The notes under the pieces: model-generated
Database searches by the model: none
The model's input: the letters and a program-made list of their open reading frames with translations, nothing else
What the model was told of the DNA's origin: nothing
From: the human T2T-CHM13v2.0 reference genome, Homo sapiens
Strand: one strand, 5' to 3'
Length of the DNA: 64,000 bases
NCBI RefSeq assembly: GCF_009914755.1
Contig: NC_060933.1
Shown: piece after piece, positions 37,261 to 51,768 of the stretch
Layout: each line of letters begins with the position of its first letter
Numbering within the stretch: the first letter of the stretch is position 1
Translations under genes and position numbers: made by a program

Positions 37261-40200
37261 GTAAGCGAGTCTGCGGGCACCGAGGCTCCCCGAGTCCGGC
37301 CAACTCCAGCCAGACGGGGAGATGGGGGAGGGGAGGGCACCCAGCAGAAAGGGAAAGAGGTTGCCCAGGCGCAGTTCCCCGAATTCGCTCTCGCAGGTGG
37401 GGCTGCAAATGGCCTGGGCGTAGAAAGTTGCGGGAAGGTGTTGATGTCTTTCGGGAGTTCTGGAGGGACGCGGGAGGGCGCTTTTTTGGAGAGGGGAGAC
37501 AGGCTAGTTGGTTCTTACCAGTCCTTGAGTTGCACTGAATCTTTTTTGCTTGTCGCTCTCGGGTGCGGAAGCGGACGCGGGATGGAGAAAGCCGAAAGAG
37601 GGATGCCTCTGGACAGGAGCAGTTTGGAAGCGCCCGGCGCGCAGTGGTCGCCGGCCGGGTTTGGGCGCGCGGGGCGCACCGGCCGGGGGCAGGGTGGACA
37701 CGCGCGGGCACACACTCGCCAGGTTACGAGGCCCACTAAGCGTCCTGGCCAGCAGGCATGTCCCTTCGCTGGAGTAGCAAGCAGAAGAGCAGTGCTGCGA
37801 GGCTGGACGCGGCTGAGGAAACAGTTAGTTCCCCGGCACGCGGCTGAGGAAACAGTTCTGCGGCGCGCGCCTTCGTGCCGGCGCTGCGCCCTGGCCAGGT
37901 CCTCGTGCCCGAGCCCGCGCGGCCCAGGGAGTAGTGCGACCCCGGAAAAGTTGTAATGAGAAAGTTCTGGAGGCTTGGAAAGGCCACACTGCTCACAGTC
38001 GGAGAGTCATGGGCTCCGGCTCTTTTGTCAGATAAAGGGCCGGTAGTGGAAGGAGGTGCTGGTGCACCCTCGGGCCAGGACCCTCGCAGTCGCAGGCGGT
38101 GGCGGCGGCGGCGGCGGGACCCCGGGGCGAGCTGGGGTCTGCAGGGATGCGCGCCAGGGACTGTAGCGTTACGCTTGCTCCGGCTGGACTCTGGGCCTCT
38201 CGAAGGGCTGGAGGGTGGGTTTCGGGGAGTCACTTGGTCTCCTCTCCTGCCTTGCCGGAGACCTCAGGTTTCCTTCGCGCTGTGCTCGGCCTTTCTTCAC
38301 TCTTTTACTGAAGAGCCAGGCGGGTGTCCGCTTGACATGGGGATCTGTGCAAGCTCTGGGCACCCACCCCCACCCCCAGTCCCTCTTCCTGGCCACACAG
38401 CGGTTAATCGGGGGCTCTTCTCTATCCTTCGCACGTACCCCTGGGTCTTGACAACAGAAAGTTAGTAACGGCCAGCTCCAGACCTTCTTGCATCCCAGAC
38501 CCGGAGAGAGGTGGTCTAGGCAGGGAGCACTTGGGAGAGTTGGGATGCAATCACTGGTCTCCTCCTTCCACTGAAAGTGATCCTCTCCCACCCAGTCCCC
38601 CTACGCCCCTAGAGGAGCACCCCAGGAGGCAGCGAGTCTCACTCCCACTCCCTCCCGCACCCGGTGAGCCCCGAGCCTGGACTCAAGGGTTTGCTGGCTG
38701 GACGCTGGGATGTGTCAGGAAAGGGAAGGAGAAGAAGGAACGGAGAGAGACTGTCCATGGGGGAGGGGGTTGACTGTAGATAAGAAACAAGGACGTCCTG
38801 ATGGGATGGTCTTGATTGGCCGGCTCGCTGGGAGTGGGGCACCCGTGTGTGTGCGCGCTGGCTCCAGCTGATTGTCCCGGTTGGGGGTTGGTTACACGCT
38901 CCACTGTCTAAATTCTTTCAAGAAACTATACTTGGGCAATTGGAGAGTAGAGAACCTTGGCTTAGTAAGAGACGCCCGGTCTTTTGTTTTTCTTTTTCTA
39001 GCCCATCTCACCATCCCATCCATTCTTTCGGTTTCCCCCGTCCCAGTCCAGAGCTGCCAGTTCGTCCCTCCCCTTCTTCCCTTCTAACTTTCCCCCTGTG
39101 GCTGGGTTCATACTTTCTGAACGTCGTAAACTATGCGCCACCTCAGCTCGGACCCAGCACTAGGACCTAGGGCATAAAATCCGCTCACTCCTTACATCGT
39201 AGAAGGAGTGCGGCGCGGGGTGGGGATGGGTTGTAGCTTGATCTAGCATCTCCTGAAGGAGCAGTTTGCAGATGACTGTCCTGGTTCGCCACGGCGGTCG
39301 CTTTGAGGACTCCAGAAGCTGGAAGGATTGAAAGCCAGGCGCTGGTCCTCATGCTCACCTTGAGAAAACCAGTTTAAGCCCACAGACCTATCAAAGAGGG
39401 CGCCAGCCTCGCCAGGCGCCCTAGGACCCCTTACAACTTCTAACTTGAGGCAGCTCTCAGGCGGCCTTAGGGGAATGCGCTGGAGAAAATGTAAGCTTAA
39501 AAGATGACCAGGTCACTCTATCGCCATTCCTGGTTGCCCTTTCCTGACCCCTAGTGTCTTTCCTTACTACCTCTTCATATTTTCCCCGGACAGTGCCCTA
39601 CCACAGTATGAGAGGCTGTTCCGTAAGAATGGGATTGAGAAAAGATCCAGGCTACTCTGACGTCTTGTGGAGTTGGGAGTTGAACTTGAGAGTGAACTTG
39701 AGAAGTGAAAGCGGGAAAAGAATCAGCTTTCGCTCGTGCAGGGCTACTAAGCACCCTATGTTGGGAGAGGGGCCATTTTTGACCTGGGCTTTACGGTGGG
39801 CCCACTGCATTTCCCTCATCCACACGCGCGCGCTTTCCATTCCCAGGTGGTCCTAGTTAGCGCCTGGGCTCCACAGTTTGCAGCTGACAACTGTCCTGAA
39901 TCAGGGCGCTTTGAGCGACGGAAAGGTGATCTGGGATTCAGTGGTCTCCCTCGGGGCCAATCCGGCAAACCTATTCCCACCCCCTACTCCTCCCCCGCCT
40001 AGGGCATTTAAGAGACTATCCCCAGGGAAGCTACGGGGAAAGAAAGGGGTTAAGAGTCCCTGATCTTTGACGTCCTTGTCCTGCCCCACGGCTGAACTGA
40101 GTCCCGGACACAGCGCAGTTGCTTACTCTAGCCTGGGGCGGAGGAGGTTGTATTTGGTGGCGCACAAAGCCTTTCATCCTTTGTCTGTGAGAGGGTACCA

Positions 40201-43200
40201 CAGAAGTTCTAGAGAGGCTTCTCCGTAGATTTCATTACTGAAAGGAATAACTTCTGAAGGCGAAAGGGAGGACCTTTAATTGGGCCCATCACTAGGTGAG
40301 AAAGAAGTGAGCCGAGGTGTGGGTTTCAGGGTTCCTTCTTGAAAGATCTGTGGGCTGTTTATTACACAGGGGCGCGGAAATGGTCGGATTTTTCAGTCCT
40401 GCCTCCACGGAAAACCCTGCTTCCAAAAACAGGGGCACAGATGTCGTCGCAATCAATAGGTGATTGTCGCTGGGGCGGATTAGAAATCTGGTTTTATACT
40501 TGCTATAAACAAGGATTGGGTTTGGCTTTTTTAAAGTCTAGTTTTCCTCTATTATTTGCAGGTAGTTAATTTTTGCCAAGTGCTAAACTTTAGAAAAGAG
40601 GCTTCTTGCTCTCAGAGGTATGGCAGCCCTTCAGAAGTATGGAGCTCTGAATGTCCTGCTGGCAGGGCCTTTAGATTACCTAAACAAGTTCTCTCTCTTA
40701 ATTTCCTCCACAAGTTCCAATTAAATATTTCTAACCAACATTCCACCTCCCGCAATTAAAAAAAACATTGCTGGAAGGACATCTCTGTTAGTAGTCCATT
40801 AATAATTGCTCATTAAGTAATCATCAGTAAGCTGTCTTCATTCCAAGAAATGTAATTATTCAAACAGTTTAAAAAGAAATCCTAAAGCTGTATTTCAACT
40901 ATTGTTGAAATAATATATAGCCATAAGAATAAAAATATTTTCTTAAATGGTTACATCTAGCGACTCTCTCCTCCTTCCTCCCCCAGCATCATGGGTGAGT
41001 TTGTAACAAGTATTATGACACAGAAGTGCTTGACATACTGGACTTCTGGGATAGGTATTAGTACCACCAAGGCTTTTACTTTTCTATATTTTCTAACAAT
41101 CACGAATTGGGAAACCAGGAGGAAAATGTAGATGAAGAAATTTTGAACAGCAAACTTTATAAACCTGAGGGACACAAGATTAAAACTCCTTTCTTGGCAT
41201 TTACTTAAAACTTACTAATCTTTGGATTTTCCATCAACCACAATATAGCTTTTGCTCATTAGAGAATCCCTAAGAGATGAGTTTTTGCATCATTATTAAA
41301 GTGGTTTATGTGATCATTTAATATAAATAAAAACATTATTTTATACTCTTAACCAAATATGAATGTTAACATTTACTTATTTTGGCAGCAATTTGATAAT
41401 ACTAAACTATGATCAGCCATAAAAACAACTATTCAGGAGTGTATTTGCATAGATTATATTTTAAATTTAAGTGTTTCCAAGCCATGAAACCTAATTTTAC
41501 AGGAACAATAATTTTACTACACCAAATTACAAAGTTTTTGGGTTGGTCTTCATGAAAATGACATTTAAATCTCATAATAATACCTACTTTTTTCCCCCAA
41601 AAGTAGCGTATACACAGTTGTCAACAGGGATTTAATACGATTTGATACAAAAAGCTTTTCTACATAAAAAGATAAGTAAATTGCTTTTTCAGCTATGACA
41701 TCACCTTTTATAAACCTGTATTCACCTTTTAGAAATACAAGATGGCCTATATGGTTTTTAGACCTCTCATTACAATAGTTCTAAGATATAAAAGTATAAA
41801 TCACAGCGTATTACTAGATTATTCCATTGCAATGAATAATACACCTCTAATTTAAAGTGCATATTATAGCATTCAATTAATAGTTTAATATTATAACTTT
41901 AAAAATTATTAGTTAAAAATTATATATGCATGGGTCTGCTGGGATTCTGCAAATTTGTATATAAAGTGAGGCTTAAAATTGTGAACAATAATATCAGTGC
42001 CAGTGTGCATTGGTGAAATTTAAGCCTTACGACTAAACATATTAGGAAATAAGAATTAATTCCAAAGTGAAGACTGTCAAATTCTGGCCAAATTGAAACA
42101 CATCAAAGGTTCATAAGCACATACATTGTGAGTGCAAAAGTTATTAGTGATTGAGGTGACATTTTAATAATATGAGGATAATTTCTTAAGACTAAACTAC
42201 TTCTGTATTTATTCTACAAAGACAAAAAAAAGTAAAGGCTTTATTTATACTGGCATTCATTTAATTAACATTAACAAAACATTTATTGTGATGTTAAAAT
42301 ATATAGAAAAGTAAATATTAGAAATGGAAATTATGCTTAATAATTAATGTATGTTTTTTATTCTAGATGTAGTTCTGTTATTCTATCTATTCTTATCTAA
42401 AGGATAGAAATCAAGCTGACTAATGAAATAAGTCTTTTGTGATATAATGAATGATGACCTTTGATGAAATAAGCACTCTAAACAAAAAGTATTATTCCTG
42501 TAATTTTGTAATCATCTTCCAATTACAGCTTTTTGCAAATATTTATCTTACTTTGAATAGAATCTCTGACTTAACAGAATCCCCAGCAGATAATAGCAGT
42601 CTTTGGAGGCGTCTGTTGATACACACTGATACGCAATATGTATATGTATGTGCCTATAACCACCCACTCAGACAAGAAGAATGAATATTTGAGAGAGAAA
42701 ATCATTCTTATCTTTGCTTTCACAATCCAGACTTCCAAACTCAAACATATTTAGAGAAACAGAGCAACTTTCCAGAGCATTCAAAGGGAAGATATGAATA
42801 CACGTGGTACTAGAGTCGCATAAAAAAGAAACTGTTAATAACATCTATTTATAAATAATCTACACAAAACTCCATTATACTACCTAATGATAATTAGAGG
42901 GAAAGGGAATCAAAGAATTCAGGACTGCCAAGTAAATAAAATATTCCCTCTCAAATTAAGCAACAAATTCATAGATAACAAGGTTTATGCCATGAATTTG
43001 AAGGATGTCTCCTTTGTAGCGCAAGACAAAGGAAGCATAGAGGAATAAATATTGATTGAACTAATCATCTGATGAATAGAAATGAGATTTACCAGTGCAC
43101 CAATATAATAGGCTATGTTAACTAGTTCTTTCATAGCGCATATGCTGCCCTTTCAACCCCTGACCCCATCCATTCAATTCTTAATGAGGGAAACCACAGG

Positions 43201-44734
43201 TGTTATAACGGCATTTATAGTGAATCAAGCTACATATAATAACCATGTGGTTAACTAATGGCACTGGGGGTAGATTCTTATGAAAGGAAATATTGTGATC
43301 ATAATGTGACAAAATTATTGTATATTTCAAACCACTTAGAATTTTGGCTTGCTCAGGTAACCTCTAAAATATACCTACGTGGCCATTAATATCTCAAGTC
43401 CCAGATTTGGTGGCTCTGTAATAAGTGCAAATTTATTAGTGCATATCTGAGGAGCAAGAATTATTCAATATATATTCTACCCACCATTGTTGTACACCTT
43501 GCATAATAAGCATTTAAAACATTAAAAAATAACACTTAGAAGGTACAGTATTTTATACTCAATATGTCCTGCATGCTGCTTGGTTAGTAGTTATTTTATA
43601 AATATTGTAAATAGATTACAACTTTATAGTAATAATTAAATGATACATTTTGTGTTAAATTTACATTAGAACATTCTTGAAATAGGCATGTTTTTACAAA
43701 AGCCAAAACGAACATCTTGCCTTCGCCAAAATATAAGGCTAAAATCTTACTCAAAAATATGCTCTTATAAAAGAACAAAAGTAATTTGCTTTGACTTAAG
43801 CATGTTCACCTCTGGGTAGTAAATATTTTATTAACTGGCTGGGTATGCTGACATTAAAATTACTAAAATGGGTATTTACTAATGTCATTTTTGTGTGATT
43901 AGTTATGATATCATGTGGTCCTGGCTAATTTAGAGGAATCACGGACATCAGTAAAGAAAGATCAAATTAATCTGGTTGTTTACTAAATTATGCTTTTCTT
44001 ACTACCCTACGTATTACTTTGTGCTCATATAAACCAAATATCTTGGCACTGTGGAGTATATGAAAAACTTGGGATGCTTAAAGAAAACTGTTACATAGTT
44101 TACCTTATAGTAAAGCTTTTTTCAATAAATAATTGCAATAAATTAATTTTAAATTGTGTATTTAAAAAATTCTCACTCAACTGCCCAATATAGAATTCTT
44201 CTTTTAAAGACTGCTACACCATTAACTAAATTTCACTAGATTATGTTGTAATCATGTGACAACCAGAGATATACAATATTTTAGGACTGAATTAGATGTA
44301 CAAATGGTATTCTGAATTTAAGCACAAAATTATCCTTAAAAAAGAAACAGCAAGAGCTTTTTAAAAAGGCCTTGGCATTTATAACCAGAACTTGGCATGA
44401 AATAAATGAGTATTATTAGCTGCAAAAAATGCAGATTTATTTAATTTTAATTTTCTGACCAGCTTTATTTTGTTTTGTTTTGTTTTAATATTTTCAAATA
44501 CAAATGTCTCTCCTTATCTGAAACCAGCTAAGCTTGATTCTCATCTGTTCTGAAAACTTTGTCAAACTCATTGATCGACTCATTTTTAGGAGCCCAAATT
44601 AAGATATACTCTCAAGTACAAGAATGATACCATCTTCCCCAAAATATTTCAGTTTTAATTTTAAAAAGAATAAGCTCAAAGATGATGTCATCTTTTACAG
44701 CCATATATATAAAAAGAAATGTACATGACTCACA

Positions 44735-44950
44735 TATTTATTTATTAAAGATTTATTGAATACATCCACCCAAAGTAAGGTACAGGGCTGAACCCCAGGG
44801 ATGCTCAGGTTAATAAAGCACAGTCAGTAGTCGAAGCTAGGATCAAAGAGAAAGCAGAATGGAACATGGCAAGGACGCTACCAGAAAGTCAGACTAGCTC
44901 TCAAAGGGGAAGTGATGTTTGAGATGGGCCTCTAAAGATAAGTAGAACTC
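44735..44950 (-). mobile_element. L2 fragment
   Basis: ATTTATTGAATACATCC... and GGAAGTGATGTTTGAGATGGGCCTCTAAAGATAAGTAG. Confidence 0.65.
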
Positions 44951-47900
44951 CCTCTTTGGGTTAATTTGTTCATCATAAATGAGGTCCATTAAATTACTGT
45001 TAGTTGTACTCCTCAGTTGCCTTATATAGTTGGTGTTATGTGAAATTGAGTTTATAGTAGAACTATTCCAAAAAGAACATAACCTGATGTAGCACAAATA
45101 ATAGTATTGCTCTCAAAACTTTTAGTAGTAAAATTGTTCTCAAGTGACAATTGAAAACAAAATCCTTTAAGGCAATTTTTAAAATTACAAAAAGAAAGTA
45201 TATTGAAGGTGAGACGAGTATCAGTGTAAGGAAGAGGGTACAGCTTGTTTTAAAAAAAAAAAAGTATCACCAAGAAAAAGAAAACGTAAAAATACTTTAT
45301 AATATCCATATACATTTGTTTTTATAAGGAAAATTCTTATTTATTTTTTAAAAAAAGGAAATGACTGATGTATATTGAGTTTCATTTTCTTTAATACTAT
45401 TATCTGAAAGTAGTGATATCTGCTCTAGAGAGTACCTTAGATTACTAGATATCAAGTAGAACAAAACCCATTGAAGTAATAGAGTATGTAGGCCGTATCT
45501 GAAGGCCACAATGATGTTCTTCAAATTCTTCCATTCCACATACTTGGATATAATACTGTACTCTGAAGATTAAGTTATAAAATCAACACTTGCTGACTTT
45601 TGAGCTATTCTCTTTCTTCGGCATATTTAAAGAAGGAAAATTCTGGAGACTCTTAGTAATAAAAACCTGAGTGTGAGAGGCAAATATTAGCTGGTTCCAT
45701 CCCAGCACTGTGAGTGAGTTGCTGATCAGGCTGAAAAAAGTGTCCACTACAGTCCTCAGTTAAAGCTCAGTCATTTTGAAAGGATAGTCTGTCATTCTGG
45801 TCTTACACATTAGCTCTTGTGAACTTAGTTAACATGGGTCCTCATACTAATGTCTGATCTACTCTGAAACACTGGTAAGATCAAATTTCTCAGACCACAA
45901 AGCTGAAAAACAGACTCTGAGCTGGGATAAACTCACATAAGCAAATGCCTCCATTTGAAACTTGCAGGCAGCCAAACTGTCACTCTTGGCCATAACCCTC
46001 TGCATTAGCATGAATCTCATCTTCAAATTTCCACATAGTGGGCAGGACCACAGAGTCATACCTTTTAAGTCCTGAAACACAAATAATTGTTTTAAATGCT
46101 GAATATTAACTACAATATATTAGACCAAGGAATTGTGCCCTTCGGTTGTAACAATATCCAGATAACATAGTGGCTATGGTAATTCCAGATTTTTTCTTGG
46201 AAATAGAAGAATTCGAGAAGTGCATGAATGATTTCATTTCTTGAGGTTTTTCCAAAAAGATGAAGGCTTGGAAGTCTCCTGTAACTTTTACTAGCCTGAT
46301 TAAACAGCTATTTAATAAGACAACCAGTTTTCTGGACAATCATTCACCCACGCCTTATTGCAATTTGTCTCTGGTGTTCCTAGGTTATGTGACAATGGAC
46401 ACATACAACCACTTCATGTTATGCCTGGGCCAGTGTACTATTCTGGTTGGTGAATGGAGGCTAAACCATTGGAGAACAGTCGTTTTACTTGAAGTGTTAC
46501 ATATAACTTAAGTCTAGTGTTTTTCTCTAGCTTTTATGTAAATATGCATCATACTTAGTAAACAGTAAACTGCTATTTTGGTTTTTCCATTAAAAAGCAA
46601 TTTAAAGACAATCTTATTAAATAGGATCAAAATGTGTTGTTGCTGGTAATTTGCTCTGAGAACATGAAATGCAGACATACTATTGTTATTTGCCTAGTGT
46701 AATGAAAATTAGTGAAACCAGTTGTATTTGACAGGCTACATTTAAAAAGTTTCATTTCACCTCTCCAAGGAAAGGATCACATAGTGCTTCGTATGAGTTT
46801 GTAATTCTGCATTAGTATGAAAACTCATATTCTAAGTTTCCGAAGTAAAAATGTTAGCATATAGCTTGAACCAGAATAAACACTCAAATCATATTTAACC
46901 ATCCAGCAGCTGTTGACTTCCAGAATCCAGAACTAAACAAGAACACACAAGCTTCAAGAACTTAGACATACTGAGTTTCTAATGAATAACTGGCTTTCAT
47001 TATCATTGCCAGGACAAATAATAAAATTATTACACAAAACATTTCCTGTTAACTTGTATATAAATTGTGCCTGGCATATGTAAAGGAATTAAAGACTTTT
47101 AAAGAAAGGAGAAGAAACCTTGTTCCAAATTTTCACAGTTGTTGAGTATGAGCAAATGCCACACAGTCTGGTAGAATAGAGGAACATTTGTTCAGGAAAA
47201 ACACATCATATCGTTAAGGTACATCCTTCTTGGCAATACTTTATTTTTTACAAAAATAAAATATTTTAAATAAATTATTTAGAATTTTTTCAGATCTCAA
47301 CTTATTGATCTGTTTGCTCTAAAATTAAATTTAAAACAAACAGTTCAATATGCTGAGTTTTTTTCCCCACTTAAATGCTGACTACTTTTAATAAGCTTAA
47401 TTCTAAGCACTTTTATCCTTGCATATATACTTTCATTCTTGTGATTTCAAAAAAAGTTAAGTACCAAAGGAAAAGAGCTTTTGGAGTAAATTATCCCAAG
47501 GACAACTCAGAAATATCAATAATGAGAATCCTAGTCAGACAGCATTAATACCCTTCCAGTTGTGTTTTTGCTTTGCTTACTAATATAACCAAAGATAAGT
47601 TCTGGCTGCCACTTATGTCAGAATAAATTAAAATTTATGTGATTGGTTTTAGAAAGTGTTCTTTTGCAATAAAATAAACTGATTTGGAATTTTTTCCACC
47701 AAAATTGTACTGTATCCTTATGTTCATTAATGATTTTTGAAAGGTTGTCTAACATGGTTGATTTGTGTATTGATTAAGAGTAAAAGCCATACTTTTTGAA
47801 ACTAAAATAATGCTTTAAAAGTAAAGGGAACTATCTGACAGAGTTGTAGGTGACACCTTCTATAGTGAATAAGGTGTAAATGTAACTCAGCGAATCTTAA

Positions 47901-48177
47901 ATATTGAGCACTTATGATGTCTAAGAAGCAATACCCTCCAAGATAACAGTCTCAAGCACAGCAAAACTACATTTCTTATAAAAGTCTTAAGGAATTCCTT
48001 AGATACTATTTGTTCCATTTGAATTTCTCAAATGTCCAATATTGATTATGTCTCATTTTCTTAAATGAGAAAAATCGATGACTTGGTCATAATTATTTGT
48101 TAAAAGAGACTAATATCAACATTTGACTGGAAACAAGGGTTCCTGCCTGAATCCAGTTCTATTTTTATTAATCTATG

Positions 48178-48199
48178 CTCTCTCTCTCTCTCTCTCTCT
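48178..48199. repeat. (CT)11 microsatellite
   Basis: Seen directly. Confidence 0.95.
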
Positions 48200-50779
48200 G
48201 GCCATACTATTTTTTGCCACCCCTGTATTCGTAGTAGATATCCCTAATCAACTATGGCATTAATACTTGCTAAGTCTGAATGCAACCTCCGCTACCGTTT
48301 GGCCAGCATTGGCCCTTAAGATAAAACTTGTTACCACAACTCTCACCAGTGTTTTGACCACATGAAGAATAGAGAATAATACAGTAAAACTATTATTTAA
48401 TCACAGGATCCCCTTGGGTAAACCATAGCTCTCCACAGCTTTCACTCCCAAAATAATGATAATGGCATTTACCAATCTCAGGAAAAACTAAAATAAAATA
48501 AGTATTATGGAAAAATCTATAGATTATGAACTAGATCTGTCTAGTCAAAATAATAACAAATTCAAAGTATAAGTAGTAAATTTTTTATCTTTCCATAATT
48601 ATTCCCTGGAAAGTTCCAAATATTTAATTTTATAAACAAATAGATCTCCTTTTATATATATTTCAAAATTTTGAAAAAATTGCATATTTATGGATTTTTT
48701 TCCTCACTAAGAATCTGTATCCACTTTAAGGCAGCAATTTTATCAGAAATAGCTATGAAGACAATAAAAAATTTCTCTTCATTCAATAGCCAACATGCAT
48801 TTTTAGTTTGTGATGTGAATGCACTCATTTGACCCTCAGCTTGTCAATTCTTTCCTCTAGTTTTTATGCCTGTTAAGAGGCGGGTTCTCTATCTTCAGCT
48901 ATAAGCATTTCAATGAAAAAACTGTGTTAATAGCTGAGCATACCACCATTTATCCACCTGATCTTAATTAATTTTGTCTGATTGACTGAGACTGGAACTC
49001 TCATCAACACACTATTTAAATCAAAGGCCTATTATCATCCTTCTGTGTTGTGTACAAGCATAAGATGTTTTCTTAAGGAAGGAACCTTGACAACATTAAG
49101 AAGGTGCCATGTCTAATCATGCTGAGCATTATAAAGAAAAAAAAATTACATTTGACATTAATTCTAAAGAAATGCGGAGTTCTGCTCCTCCTTAACAATA
49201 TTGCAATTTAATTTGTTTTGCATTTTGGCTGAAACATAATATTCCTTACATCAAGCTATCATTTATGCGGTTGATTTTTATGCTTTCAAATGAAGTTAAT
49301 TTGCAATTCTTTAAAAGCACAGTTATTAGTCTACTGTTAGTGATTTTTCAGGCCTCTTTAATGTAAACTGTACTATAAAAAACATAGCTTGAAATACCAA
49401 CCCTACTCTTCATTTATTCTGCAGGACTCCAATTGATCGTATTATAGAATGGTCCTGACACCCACAATTTGACTAAATTTGACCACAGATGCTATTAGAA
49501 AGAAAATGAGCCACAATGGGTTTCTTCCTCTTATATTTAGTATCTACTACTGTGTTTAACAATATCAGGTTGGAAAAGATTGTACACTTATCTCAGGTGA
49601 TCCTCTTTGTTTTACAGCATGTAAAATATCTTCTTTGCTTGCTCCATTTTAGATATAGTGGTATGTTTCTTCATATTCACTAATCCTGTCAGTCTGTTCT
49701 GCAGCTGCTCTTAAGGAAAATTCTGAAAACATTTAAGAGAGGAACTATGTAAACCTGAGAGGAGCTGACAGATGCAGTCTCATCTCTACAAAATGTAATA
49801 GCAGTTAAAATTTATAATAATCTCTTGCCTGTGTTTCGTACTCTATAGCTCTCAATAAGCTTATGTAGCCACTGTCTCAATGACACACCCAACAATCTTG
49901 TGAGCTACGCAGGACAGGTATGAATAGGAATGTGTCCAGAGTACCCAGATCAAAGAAAACTCTAAAATATAAAAGAGTGCTTTTTAAACAGTTTTAAAAT
50001 GTAGTTTCCACACTTCAAAAAATTGTACCAGATCAAAAATATAAATATTTGATTTATAAAAGGAGGAAATATAAGTGGTTAATAAACATTTGAAAAAAAG
50101 AGCTCAACTTCACTTATTAAAGAATGCAAACAGAATGAGTAGCATCTTCACCTGTCAAATAATAGCAGTTGTGATGACACCCTCATATTCTGTAGCAGGA
50201 ATTTATAGTGATACAGTCTTTTAACTTAAACCCTTAAAAATATCATACTCTTTAGCCCAGTAATTCACCTTCTGGGATCTTTCCAAAGAACTAAACTAAA
50301 GTACAAAAAAGACTTTATACCTAAAGACCTGTGCCTAAAAACGTATTGCAGCCTCACAGTGATGTTTAGGGAAACCTTAGTTGTAATGCTCTTTACCACA
50401 TACTTTCATGTAATATGTATTCACTGTGTATACTATTATATACTCATGATGTATTCAATATACGTCACTGGCATTAAATCTCTACATGTACTTAATCATT
50501 TATTTTAGGTACTGGGGATAAAATGGTAAGCAAAAAAGACATCGTCCTGACCTCACTAAACATAAAGACTAACAAAAAATAAGTAAAATGCAAAATTGTA
50601 TGTACTATATGATTTAAATTAAATAAAAATCCATAAAAGAGCAATTGAAGAAAACATAAAACTGTTAGAAATCACCCCTTGATATTAACATCTTAGAAAC
50701 TATTTTCTTCTTCTTTTTTTTTCTCTCCTTTCAACTTTTCCCACACAGTCTCTGTAGATTAGTTGTAAGTGTCAAAGTG

Positions 50780-50899
50780 TGGGAGGCACAGTGACCCGGG
50801 CCTGTGGTCCTGGCACATAAGGCGGCTAGGGCAGGAGTTCAAGACCAGCCTGGGCAACATAGCAAGCCCTCATCTATATAGCAAAAGAAAAGAAAAAAA
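50780..50899 (+). mobile_element. Monomeric 7SL/Alu-left-arm retrocopy with a 19-nt internal deletion (ASR-like, snaR lineage)
   Basis: B-box GAGTTCAAGACC, FLAM-C-type CTGGGCAACATAGCAAG, A-tail, and TSD AAGTGTCAAAGTG / AAGTGTCAAGGTG. Confidence 0.75.
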
Positions 50900-51768
50900 A
50901 AGTGTCAAGGTGAATGAATGTTCAGTTACTCTGGCATAGTAATAAGGCTATGCTTTATCTTTCACTCATTGTGTTTTAGCTCATCCATTTGCCTGAGGTC
51001 ATCTAGTATGATAATAAGGTTAAAGTTGAAAGTTTAATGGCTCATTTATAAAATTAACTGATTTGATGTTGCACAACTGCTCTTTCCTTCATCATCCAAC
51101 ATTTATCAAGGATCTATTATGCACCAGACACTATCTTAAGGTTGGAAGATACACAGGTGAATAGGATTCCATCCCATACTCACAAGACCTTAGAGTCTGG
51201 TCTTTTTGAGAATCGTATATTACAGTTCACAATAGGTACTAGAAATGGCAATAATAAAAGTGATAACAATAATAAGAAGAAAAATGAATTTAAAAAAACT
51301 TTTTCCATCATTGAGAAAAGAAGAATTCTGCCTTATTAAATTCTTTAACAGTGGATTAATACTGTGCTTTTTGTCTCTAAAGGCTCCTAATTGGGGAAAT
51401 TTATTTTAAATGTTAGAGGAAAAATCAGGATACTCATATAGAAAAATTAGTCAGCTAGTCTTCAATTTGTCTCCATTAAACTAGCTTGTGTCTATCCCCT
51501 GACAAAGCTGCAAGACTGCAATTCCTAAGGATGTTAAAGAATATCAACACAGACATACCAGTTCTCAAAATACAAGATGAATGATGAATTGATTCCCATT
51601 GGTGGAGTTGTGGGAATGCTTTAAATATTCCTACACTCTGTGGTAAATGAAGAATCTCAATTTGCTCATAAGACTGTTATAAACTCATTGGTATTTAATA
51701 GGGAAGAATTCATTATGATGTTCACTGCTAAAGTAGTCTTCATATATTAGTACTAACACCCCTAATAC

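Larger units (their letters stand above)
36140..40480. promoter_or_regulatory. CpG island (core ~36140-38450, shoulder to ~40480) spanning promoter, exon 1 and proximal intron 1
   Basis: Abrupt GC and CpG enrichment against CpG-depleted, AT-rich flanks; free of interspersed repeats. Confidence 0.95.

Noticed and set aside
37171-37956. 261-aa ORF, plus other long ORFs on both strands at 36166-39170
   Set aside because: GTG start, reads through the strong donor at 37261, Arg/Gly/Ala/Pro-biased with no domain; typical stop-poor CpG-island ORFs.
47988-48001. 14-bp palindrome TAAGGAATTCCTTA
   Set aside because: Expected by chance in 64 kb of AT-rich DNA.
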